Shown here: piece by piece, positions 9,718 to 20,351 of the stretch
Layout: each line of letters starts with the position of its first letter
How positions within the stretch are numbered: the stretch's first letter is position 1
DNA from: Prasinococcaceae sp. CCMP 1430
Taxonomy: Eukaryota; Plantae; Prasinodermophyta
Assembly (NCBI GenBank): GCA_013416795.1
Contig: RQSC01000466.1
Coordinates: forward strand, 14,947 to 40,848
Reading direction: 5' to 3'
Length of the DNA stretch: 25,902 bases
The notes under the pieces: model-generated
What the model saw: the letters and a program-made list of their open reading frames with translations, nothing else
What the model was told of the DNA's origin: nothing
Database searches by the model: none
Translations under genes and position numbers: made by a program

Positions 9718-10286
9718 TGATAAATTGATCCCCCAATACGTCTAGATTTCGCCGCGCGTCGCTGCTGCGCCGCTGCTGCGCCGCTGCTGCTGCGCTGCCG
9801 CGCTGCTGCGCTCCGCTGGGCGCCGCCGCGGGGCGCGACGTGTGACCACCGCAGCGTGCGCGCGCACACACACACACACACGCACGCACACACACACGCG
9901 CGCGCACACACACACACGCACGCACACGCACACACACACGCACACACACGCACACACGCACACGCACGCACACGCACACACGCACCCTCGCGTCGCGCCA
10001 CGCGCCGCCGCCGCAGCCGCACGCCGCGAGCCCCACGATCGCGATCGGGGCCGCGCATCGCGAAAGCGGCGCCGAAAGCATACGCACATACCACAAACGA
10101 CGGAACATAATGGAAGATACTCCGCGAAATGTCCCCGGCGGCGACGGAAGCCAAAGTTTCCCTTTGTGAATGGTACAAAAAGGCTCCATTCGTCGGAAGC
10201 GAAATCTTCGCCGACCGCGTTTTAGTTTAGGTTTTGACCAGATCATATGAATACGAATGTCCAATCAGCCCCAACACATCCACGTG

Positions 10287-10392
10287 TAGGGTTAGTGTTA
10301 GGGTTTACAGTAAACCCTTAACCAGCTCGGATGTTGGGGTCAAAGAAGGAAGGGTGCACGAGGATCCTCGGCGTTAGGGTGTAGGGTTTAGG
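10287..10392. repeat. Cluster of degenerate telomere-type (T)TTAGGG / telo-box motifs, including a head-to-head pair
   Basis: TAGGGTT 10287, TAGGGTTT 10299, TAAACCCT 10311, TTAGGGT 10374 and TAGGGTTTAGG 10382. Perfect inverted repeat AGGGTTTAC-A-GTAAACCCT at 10300-10318. Confidence 0.7.
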
Positions 10393-10580
10393 CGTGCAGC
10401 TCAACCACCCACGGGCGACTAAAATCCAATCAAAATGCATTGAAAAAGAGGAGGTTCGGCGGGGGATGTTGCGAGCGGCGCCGTCGTCCGTCCGTTCGCG
10501 AGCGCGCTCACAGCGGCGGCGGCGGCGCCACACAGCCGCAGCCGCGCGCTGGCCTCCCCCCCCTCCCACCACGCGCGCGC

Positions 10581-10652
10581 GCACGGACGCGCAGACGCAC
10601 GGACGCACGGACGCACGGACGCACGGACGCACGGACGCACGGACGCACGGAC
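10581..10652. repeat. 8-bp minisatellite (GCACGGAC)n
   Basis: Seven perfect units at 10597-10652 plus one at 10581. Confidence 0.95.
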
Positions 10653-10833
10653 ACCCCCCTTCTCTCACCCTCGGTCGCGGCGACGGCGCCGGCGCCTGCC
10701 GCGCCGTGGTGGCACCCCCGCGCGCGAGCGAGCCTGCGCAACGACCGCACCCGCACCCGCCGCACCCTCCGGCCCCGACGGCGAGGCCGCCGCCGGCAAC
10801 GGCCCTGATGACGACGCGGCGTCGAACCTCTGC

Positions 10834-13707
10834 GTGCTTCCCGGCGCCGCCGCGCACGCCGCGCTGCTCGCGGGGAAGGCGTACGCCGACGAGGTGGTCG
10901 CAGAAGGCGCATACAGCGATGCCGACCCGGCCCGGAGCGCCTGCGCGCGCGCGCGCGCCGACGCGGTGCTGACGGGCATGATGCGCGAGCAGCGCGGCAA
11001 GCAGCGCGTGGCGGCCGTGTCCGACCGCGCCGCCTCGGACTCCGACGACGAGGCGGGAGACCCCAGCGAGCCGGGCGGCGCCGACGGGCCTGCGGGGGGC
11101 GCCCCTCCCGGGGACGCCAACAAAAACGACGCACGCGGCGCCGAGGGGGGATGGGCGGGTCGCCTCGGCTCGACGCGCGCGGGGGAGCGCGGTCAGCAGC
11201 GCGCCAACGGCAGGAGGAAGAAGCTCAAGCTGCTGGGCGTGTCGCTCTCGATGGTCCTGCGAACCACGTGCTACGCCGCGGGAGTGGCTGCGTACATGGT
11301 GGCGGGGGCCTTTGCCATGCGTGGCTTCGAGCTCGACAACGAGAGGGCCCAGGCGGCCGAGCTCGCCGCGCGCGTCAGCGCGTGGCAAGCGCGGGTGAGC
11401 GCGCTGTCGGACGCGGTCGCCTCGACGGGCAGCCCGGCGCTCGAGGAGGCCCTCGAGGAGGTGCTCGAGCCGCTGCGAGCCGACGACCTGTGCGCGTACC
11501 AGGACGCGCTGCTGCTGAGCGCCGACCAGGCTGGCAGCGACCAGTACGTCAACTGGGACTTCGTCGGCTCTCTGTGGTTCGTCTTCACCGTGGTCACCAC
11601 CATCGGCTACGGCACCTACACGCCGCAGACGACGGGGGGGCAGGTCTTCACCACAGTGTACATGTACATCTTCATCCCGCTCACCATTTTCTTCATCGCG
11701 CAGCTGGCACAGCTCATCCACGCGATCTTCCTGGCGGCGGCGTCGCTGGTGCTCATCGCGCGCCAGACGCTCAGGCACTGGATGGGGCAGCTCACCCCGA
11801 AGCTGGCGCGCGCGGGCGAGCGCTGGGGCCTCGGCGGTCGGCGGCGGACGCGACAGGACGTCCAGGAGGAGGACGCCGCGCGAGGCCTCGAAGGCATGAG
11901 CTACGACCTCGGCGCGGACGACCACGCCCCTCCCGCGCGCGGCGACGGCGCCGACCCCGCAGGCGGCCTTCGTAGAGGCGGCGTGCTGGCGCTCGCGCGC
12001 CGCCGACCCGCGCCACCAGAGCTCACGAGGAAGGGCCACTCCCGACGACGGAGCAACAAGGCGCCCGCAGAGTCCCCGTTCGACGCGAAGCACATTGCGA
12101 TCAAGCGCAGGTGGGACGACGAGGTCGATGACGCCATGGCGATGATGGAGTCGATGGCGGCGCGCGAGCGCAGGAGGAGACGGGAGGAGGGCCGGCGCCG
12201 TGCGAGTAGTAGAGGCAGGGGAAGCGATGGTGGGGGTCCTCCGCCCGAGCCTGCGCCGCGCACTGGCGCTCGCGCGGCTGCCGTCGCCGACGCCATCGCG
12301 GCGGCCAGCAGCGGAGCGAACGCCGCGGGGGGCAGCGACACCACCAGGGCCGACCTGCGCGGGCGCGCCGCCGTCGCTGATGGCGAGCTCGCACGCTCCG
12401 CCGGGAACGCCAACGGCGTGCCAGTGGCTGAGTACGCCACCCTCAATGGTTGGGGCGGCGCTTCTGAGCGCGCGTCCTTCACCTCCGAGTCGGCCTCCGA
12501 GGGAGCGTGGGCGGGGGACGCTGTGCGGAAGTACTTTGCGTTTCCGCCGTACGCGACCGGAGGCTCGCACGTGCTCACCGGCGAGCGCGAGAGCGGATCG
12601 CTGAACTTCGACAAGTTTCGGCAGGAGTACAAGGACGACACGAGGGCCTACGTCGCGAGCGCCAGCGGCAGCAGCAGCGGCTCCAGCGCCTCGAGCGATG
12701 GCGATGACCTTAGCACTGATGGAACCCTCAGCGGAGGCGACGACCCGTCGTCGGCCGCCCTGCCAGGCGGCGACCCCGACGGACGCCTCGGCCCCCGCCG
12801 CATGCTGCCGCGGCGTGCCGAGATTGAGGTGCCCCAGCGCACCGTGGCGCGCGCGACGGGCGGGCTGGCCGCCGCCAAGGCCGTCCTTCTGCCGCCCGGC
12901 GTCGACTACGCCGAGTCGCAGATCAAGGCGGCGCGCGACACGTGGCGCTTTCGCGTGTTGCAGATCGCGGTGTACGTGACCGTGTACTTCGTGATCGTGC
13001 TCCTCTTCGCCATGACGGTGGCCCTGCAGCTGGGCTGGGACTACTGGACGGCCTTTTACTTTTCGAGCGTCACCTTCACGACGGTCGGCTTCGGCGACTT
13101 CGTCATCGTGGACGGCTCGACGATGCTCAACGCCGGGCAGGTCATCGGGTACATCGTCTTCATCTTCACGGGCCTGGCTGCCCTGGCGAGCCTGATCGGA
13201 CTCGTCATCGACTACCTCGACTACGTCCGGAGGAGGCGCACGGCCGAGCGCCACTTCTACATCGCATCGCGCAAGACGAGGGAGCAGGTGCACAAGGCGC
13301 GCCAAGGTACCGCGCGACGCAGCGCGCGCCGCGCGAGCCTCGCGCGGCCGAACGCGCGACGCGGCGGCAGAAGGCGGCGACGCGCGCGCGCGCTGCACCA
13401 CCACCGACGAGAAGAATGATGGCGCCGCTGACGCGCGCTGCGATACCACGCGATGCGCTGCGCTCGACCAGTGTTCACGAGACGGCGGCGGCCGCCCGCC
13501 GAGGCCGAGCACGCGCACCTCGACGGTCGCGCCCGCCACGAGCACGACCGCCGCTCGGCGGTGCGCGCCTTCGCCTCGCGCGTGGGCCACGAGCTCGACA
13601 CGCTGTGGGAGGGCGACGTGCTCGAAGCAGAGGCTGCGGGCGGCGCCGGGGGCAGCGACGCTGGCCAAAGCGCCCCCGCCGCCGACGGCGGCACGCGCGC
13701 GTGGTAA
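10834..13707 (+). CDS. Two-pore-domain (K2P, 4TM/2P) potassium channel; probable intron 13307-13471; start uncertain (first in-frame ATG at 10978)
   Basis: P1 is WDFVGSLWFVFTVVTTIGYG and P2 is WDYWTAFYFSSVTFTTVGFGD, each flanked by TM helices. The phase-1 intron CAAG|GTACC...GACCAG|TG restores the frame to TAA at 13705-13707. Confidence 0.9.
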
Positions 13708-13865
13708 CGACGGGACGGCCAAGGGCCGAGCGCCGTGAGCACGACTCACCGCCGCGCGCGCATGCGCGCGCGTGCTTAGGGAGACGCGAGCCGCAGCGTG
13801 AGCGAGCCGCAGCGCGCGCGCTCGCGCGCGCATGGCGGCGAGTGGGGGAAAAGGGGCAAAACCAA

Positions 13866-15711
13866 TCAGGGCGGCACGCCCGAGGGGCGCTCGCCGCCGA
13901 TTATGACGCTGCCGTCGTCGGCGCAGGCGCCCTCGTCGTTCCACAGCCAGAACGGGCAGCTCCTGGTGAGCTCGACGAACGTCTCCAGCGGCGAGCTCAG
14001 CGCGCACTCCAGGTAGGTCGGTGCCATGTCCTCGGCGGTGATGCTCTCCGGCAGGCCGTCGGCGGCCGCCCTGGCCTCCTCGGCGGGCGCGGCCGTCTCG
14101 TAGGGGTGGCCCGCGTACCCCAGCGCTATCGAGTAGCCGCGCACCGACCGGAAGGCCGCCTCGAAGCTGGGCAGCGAGCGCTTGGCCACGAAGGCCGGCG
14201 CGTCCTTCAGCAGACGGACCCACTTGGAGCCGCCGTACGACTTCCTGTGCGCGCCGCTGTCCTCCGCGATCTTGTCGAGCGTCGCCTGCGACAGCTCGGG
14301 CAGGGCGCCGTCGCCGGCGCGCCAGCCGAGCCACTGGCGCAGGCGGGCCACCGTGTCGGCGGGGTGGTACACCAGGTCCTCCGCGCGCAGCAGGAAGCAC
14401 GAGCCCGGGGGCAGGTGCTTGAGGCACCAGCCGATGGCCTCGGCGTTCTTGCGCGCCCAGGAGGACGCCGCCTTCCCCCAGGCGCCCGGCGCCGCCACGG
14501 CCTCGTCGAGGCCGCCGAAGGGGAAGACGTCGCGCGGGTCGCGCGTGACGATCACCACGGAGAGCGCGCCCAGCGCCGAGCGGTGCGCGCCGGCGAAGAA
14601 CATGAAGGTGCCGGCGTTCTTGGTGCCCCAGGCGCCGCGCTTGTCGGCGGGCACGCGGCGCATGGTGTCGCGCCAGAAGGCGCACGTCATGTCCAGCGCG
14701 TTGCCCCACGTGTAGTCGCTCACGGCGTCGAGGTCCTCGGCCCACGCCAGGCCCTCGTACCTGTCGTGGTAGGCGTCGCGCACCATCTTCCGGACGGTGG
14801 GCAGCATCTCGCTCCGCTCGAGCTGCGTGGTCCACAGGAAGTTGTCGCCGCCCGCCATGTCGGCCAGGTAGTCCTCCATCTGGAGGTGCTCGAAGAGCTC
14901 CTCGTCGTGGTCGAGGTAGTCGTCGAGGGAGGTGTCGTCCGCCACGTACACGCCCAGCTTGCGCAGCACCGCCGCCACCGCCGAGCCGCCGCTGTCGTGC
15001 GCGCCCGTCACGGCGATCGGCGGCGCGAAGCGCACGCCGTTTTCGGCGTCGGCGCCGTCGGCGGCGCGCGCGCTGGCGGCCACCGGCAGCGGCGGCGTGC
15101 ACTGCGACGTCGCCAGCAGGTGCACGTCGGCGGTGTGCGCCTCGAACACCTGCCGCACCTCGGCCGTCGCGGCCGCCTCGAAGTCCTCCGCCTCGCACCG
15201 GTTGCGCTCGAGCTCCTGCTCCCAGTCGACGCCCGGCGGGGGGGCGCCCGCGGGCGGCGGCGGCGCGACGGCAGAAGCGGCGCCGGCGTCCCCCTCGCCG
15301 GCATCCCCCGCGACGCCGGCCGCCTTGGACGCGTCGCGCGCCCCCTCGCCCGCCGCCTGCGCGGCCCGCTCCGCCTCCCTCTTCTTTCGCTCCAGGAGCT
15401 TGTCCACCGCCGCCTGCATCTTCTCGGGCACCTTGAACTCCCTGTCCTCCCACCCCTTGTTGGCCTTGGCGAACGTCGGCGGCGGGCTGGGCGCGGCGTC
15501 CTCGTGGTAGTTGAACAGGTAGCTGTAGTCGTCCAGGCTCCAGTAGTCGTAGTAGATGTACGTGTCGTCGACCCAATCGGAGGAGAAGGGGGGCGGCGCG
15601 GCGGCGGCCTTGCCGTCGGCGTCGCCGCTGCCGTCGCTGTTGCCGTTGCCGTTGTCGGCGGCGTCGGCGGCGCCCGCCCTCTCGGATCCGAGGAGGGCGC
15701 GCGCGCGCGCG
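13866..15711 (-). CDS. Sulfotransferase-fold protein (Sulfotransfer_3-like, P-loop NTPase superfamily); 5' end lost in gap
   Basis: About 615-aa open frame with PIAVTGAHDSGGSAV (5'-PSB-like), WGTKN, VIVTRDPRDV (3'-PB) and LLRAEDLV motifs in the expected order. Stop TGA at 13866-13868. Confidence 0.7.
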
Positions 15712-16462
15712 NNNNNNNNNNNNNNNNNNNNNNNNNNNNNNNNNNNNNNNNNNNNNNNNNNNNNNNNNNNNNNNNNNNNNNNNNNNNNNNNNNNNNNNNN
15801 NNNNNNNNNNNNNNNNNNNNNNNNNNNNNNNNNNNNNNNNNNNNNNNNNNNNNNNNNNNNNNNNNNNNNNNNNNNNNNNNNNNNNNNNNNNNNNNNNNNN
15901 NNNNNNNNNNNNNNNNNNNNNNNNNNNNNNNNNNNNNNNNNNNNNNNNNNNNNNNNNNNNNNNNNNNNNNNNNNNNNNNNNNNNNNNNNNNNNNNNNNNN
16001 NNNNNNNNNNNNNNNNNNNNNNNNNNNNNNNNNNNNNNNNNNNNNNNNNNNNNNNNNNNNNNNNNNNNNNNNNNNNNNNNNNNNNNNNNNNNNNNNNNNN
16101 NNNNNNNNNNNNNNNNNNNNNNNNNNNNNNNNNNNNNNNNNNNNNNNNNNNNNNNNNNNNNNNNNNNNNNNNNNNNNNNNNNNNNNNNNNNNNNNNNNNN
16201 NNNNNNNNNNNNNNNNNNNNNNNNNNNNNNNNNNNNNNNNNNNNNNNNNNNNNNNNNNNNNNNNNNNNNNNNNNNNNNNNNNNNNNNNNNNNNNNNNNNN
16301 NNNNNNNNNNNNNNNNNNNNNNNNNNNNNNNNNNNNNNNNNNNNNNNNNNNNNNNNNNNNNNNNNNNNNNNNNNNNNNNNNNNNNNNNNNNNNNNNNNNN
16401 NNNNNNNNNNNNNNNNNNNNNNNNNNNNNNNNNNNNNNNNNNNNNNNNNNNNNNNNNNNNNN
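15712..16462. other. Assembly gap (751 N)
   Basis: N run flanked by (GC)n and (TG)n. Confidence 1.
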
Positions 16463-16530
<68 letters not shown>

Positions 16531-16887
16531 CATTCATGTGTGCGTGTGCGCGCGCGCAGCCGCGCATGTGTACGAACGGCCCGCGGCCCGAGGGCGCGCG
16601 CGCGCGCGGCCGACGATCGAACCCGGCGGCGGGAAATTCGCGCGCGCGCGCAATCCCACGTCAAAACGCATTCGAAGCGCCGCCTTCGAACGTTACGTCC
16701 CGGGCGGGCGCCGCGGGGTGCCACGCGCCCTTAGGGGCACGTGGCGCCGCGCGCCTGTTATGAATTCGGGGGGAAAGCCGTCGAAGTTTGGGGCGGCGCC
16801 GTGAAAGCATGGGAGGACTCACACACACGCACCGAGCGCGCGGGCGGCGTCGAATTCGGCGTCGAGGGGCGCTCGGTGTGTGTGCGT

Positions 16888-16947
<60 letters not shown>

Positions 16948-16984
16948 CGACGTGCGCGTCGAGCGCTCGCTCGAGCGCAGGCCG

Positions 16985-17086
16985 ATGGCGCTCTACGCCG
17001 GTGCGCGCGCGAGCGAGCGCGCGCGCGCGCGCGCGCGCGTCTGTGTGTCTCCGTGTGTGTGCGCGTGTGTGTGCGTCTGTGTGTCG

Positions 17087-17127
<41 letters not shown>

Positions 17128-18016
17128 GCCGTGTGTATGCGTCTGTGTGTCTCCGGGTGTGTGTGTGTGTGTGTGTGTGTGCGTCTGTGTGTCGCCGTGT
17201 GTGTTTGTATTTGTATGTGCGCGTGTGTGTACGCGCGCGCCCGCACCCGCCGCGCTAGGATGCGCACGCTCACACTTCGGCGCGCACGCACGCGCACGCG
17301 CGCGCGCGCGTGCGCCCCCTCGCTCGCAGTGGTGCTGGCGGACCTGCTGGTGACGGCGCACACGTCGCCGCTGTACTCCCTCCGGCTGGAGTACCAGCTG
17401 CTCGCCCTCGCCGCGCAGCTCACCACGCTGCTCGCGACCTCGCTGGCGCTCTTCTGGGTGCTCGCGCCCACCACGCTCGTCGTGCGCGCGCAGGTGAGCG
17501 CGGGCGCACGTGCGGCCGCGTGACCTGCGCACGCGTGTGCGCGTGTGTGCGCTTGCGTGTGTGTGCGTGTGTGTGCGTGTGTGTGCGTGTGTGCGTGTGT
17601 GCGTGTGTTTGTGTGTGTGTGTGTGTGAGTGAGTGTGAGTGAGTGCACGGCCCACCACGTGTGCGAGCATGCGCGCGTACATGCGCTGACGCCCACACAC
17701 CGCCCTGCCGACTATCATGTACACACGCACACGCACACGCACACGCACACGCGCGCGATGGCGGCGCAGTACCTGCGCCTCGCGCGCAAGTTCGGCCCCG
17801 AGTTGGGATGCCTCGCCGCGCACGCGCTGGCGATGCTCGTACGGGGCGGGATGGCCGTGGGGCTCGCCGCGGCGCACTACCCCGTCGGCGCGCGGTGGCA
17901 CACCTGGGCGGCGGTGCTGGAAGGTGCGCGCGCGCGAACGCGTGCGTGGACGGGCGCGCAGGCGCGCGGACACGCACCCGCACGCGCGTGCACGCACACG
18001 CGCACACGCACACACA

Positions 18017-18073
<57 letters not shown>

Positions 18074-18284
18074 GCACACACACACTCGCGCGTGGCTACG
18101 ACTTTGGCGTGCGCTCTGTCATTCGCGCGTGCGCGGCTCCTGACGGCAGGCGCGCCCGCGCACCGCAGGCTGCGCGCGCGTCGCGCACGCGACCTACCTC
18201 GCCAGCCTGCTGTGGGCCAGCCAGCGCGCGTACGCGCAGCCCAAGCTCTTCGCGGGGCGCGACGGCGTCGTGTTGGTCGCGTGA
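16985..18284 (+). CDS. TMEM138: TMEM138-like 4-TM membrane protein (ciliary); exons 16985-17000, 17330-17493, 17770-17923, 18169-18284; 149 aa
   Basis: Three GT-AG introns with matching phases (1, 0, 1) give MALYAVVLADLLV...YQLLALAAQL...TTLVVRAQYLRLARKF...CARVAHATYLASLLWASQRAYAQPKLF...*. Size and motifs resemble recalled TMEM138 (DLFVN, QLVLFIIQ, TFVFQAGL..LFHKF, RLAAVLY..GDPHFY). The gene model is stronger than the name. Confidence 0.6.
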
Positions 18285-18289
18285 CGCGC

Positions 18290-18577
18290 GCACGCGCACA
18301 CACACACACGCACGCACACACACACACATACACACACGCACGCACGCATGTATGCACGGACCGCTGTAGAGTATACTGTCACCACGCATGCGCGCCGTCC
18401 GCCGCGCGCACGCCGTGTGCGCGCACGCGCACGCACACGCCACACACATAAACATGCACACAAACTCGAGACGTTAAACGCAGACGCGAACGCTCGCATA
18501 CACGACATGCACACACACATCGATACACACACACATATCATGGCACACACACATACACACACACGCAGTAATGCACA

Positions 18578-18618
<41 letters not shown>

Positions 18619-18622
18619 CAAT

Positions 18623-18659
<37 letters not shown>

Positions 18660-18862
18660 CACACACGCACACACATCAATGCACACACACATACTTGTCG
18701 CACCCCCACGCACCGGCTGGGCTTTGTATTTTGTTACGAGCCCGCGCGCCCGCACGCGGCCGCCGCCCGCTGCCCGAGGGGGCTGCGCGCGCGGGCTCAT
18801 AGCAAGGGGAAGGTGAGGCGCGGGGTTGCATTCGCGGACTGTGTGTGTGTGTGTGTGTATGA

Positions 18863-18921
<59 letters not shown>

Positions 18922-18946
18922 TGCGTGTGTGTGTGTGCGTGTGTGC

Positions 18947-18985
<39 letters not shown>

Positions 18986-18995
18986 TGTGTGTGTG

Positions 18996-19037
<42 letters not shown>

Positions 19038-19550
19038 TGTGTGTGTGTGTGCACGTGTGTGTGCACGTGTGTGTTTGCGCGCGCGAGCGTGTGTGTGTGT
19101 AGGTATGTGTGTCCTGTGTGTGAGTGTGTGTGCGTGCGTGTGTGTGTATGCGTGTGTGAGTGTGTGTGTCTGGGTGTGTGTCGCGTGCGCGTCCACGTGC
19201 CTTTTTTGGGTAGTCGCCGGCGCCTTCGAGGTCGTTGAGCGAGAGGCTCCGCGCGGCGCCGGGCGCCCCCATGCCGCTGCCGCTGCCGCTGCCGCCGCCC
19301 ATCGCTGCTGGGCGGCGGCGGTGCGCGCGTGCGCACGCGCTCGCGTGTGTGACGTGCGCGCACGTGCGCACACAACACACACACACACATACGCATACAC
19401 ACACACGTACCACACACACACGCACACACCCACGCGCACACACACGCGCACACACACACACACACGCACACGCACACGCACACACACGCGCGCACACGCA
19501 CCCACGCACACACTCGCGCACGCACGCCGCGCACACGCGCGCGCACCCGG
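18290..19550. repeat. Compound (CA)n/(TG)n microsatellite block with alternating orientation and short unique islands
   Basis: Read directly. Islands at about 18700-18840 and 19195-19330. Confidence 0.95.
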
Positions 19551-20351
19551 GCCCAGATCTTTGTGTTTAAAAAAAACCGCGTTTGAATTCAAAGCGCCAT
19601 GCGTTGGCGGTGCTCAAACGTCAGAATTGAAAAAAATGTATGGTACGCGTATGTAGTGCCTATTTGATGAATATTGCCATTGCACAGACACCTTAATTAA
19701 TTAATATTCCGTGGAAATATGCGCTTTCCGAGGGTGCTGGGCGCAGGCCGGCGCCTCGCCCCACGCCGCCAGGCACGGCAGTTTAAATTCGGCTGCCGCG
19801 CGCGCGTTTGTTTTTGATTATTCGACAAAAAACCTTTTTTTTTGCACATCGGGCGGATTACTTTTCGCTGCGAATTGCCTCTGAAAAATACTCCGCGTTT
19901 TAAATTAATGCAGAATGATACGGACGAAACGCGGAGTGAGGGATGAACGCGCGGGCACAAACGCGGGCGTACGGGGAGGTTACGGGTTGACCCGGCACGA
20001 AGGTTACAACGCACGCAACTGTGCACGTTTAAACGCGTGGAACGCTCGTGGCCCAATTTAAGGGTTTTATTTAAAGGGTTAGAGTTTGGCAGCGAGGGTG
20101 TTCCCCTTTTGGTGCGGGTGCGCATGTGCGCATGCGTGTGTGCGCCTGAGTGTGCGTGTGTGCGTGCGTGCGTGTGTGTGCGTGCGTGTGTGTGCGTGTG
20201 CGTGTGTGTGCAACGTGTATGTATGTGTGTGTGTGTGCAACGTGTGTGTATGTGTGTGTGAGTGTGTGTGTGTATGTGTGTGTGTGTGTTTGCTCGGGCG
20301 CACGTCACGCCGCGCGCGCGGCGCGCCCGGCCGCCCGCGCCGCCCGCCAAT

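Noticed and set aside
9720-10260. Possible 5' or transit-peptide exons of SRRP1 (e.g. MLSAPLSRCAAP...)
   Set aside because: They cannot be linked across the N gap and show no S1 motif, so are too uncertain to annotate.
10318-16533. 2071-aa minus ORF, the 1273-aa plus ORF at 12942-16763, and the 961-aa plus ORF at 22747-25632
   Set aside because: These are antisense or alternate-frame shadows of the K2P, sulfotransferase and OSCA-like genes, some spanning N gaps. They are Arg/Gly/Ala-rich with no motifs.
19560-20100. AT-rich island as a transposon or foreign insertion
   Set aside because: No terminal inverted repeats, target-site duplication or ORF were found, and other intergenic regions here are similarly AT-rich.
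16463-20290. Numerous HTHT/VCVC-rich ORFs
   Set aside because: Translations of (CA)n/(TG)n microsatellites.
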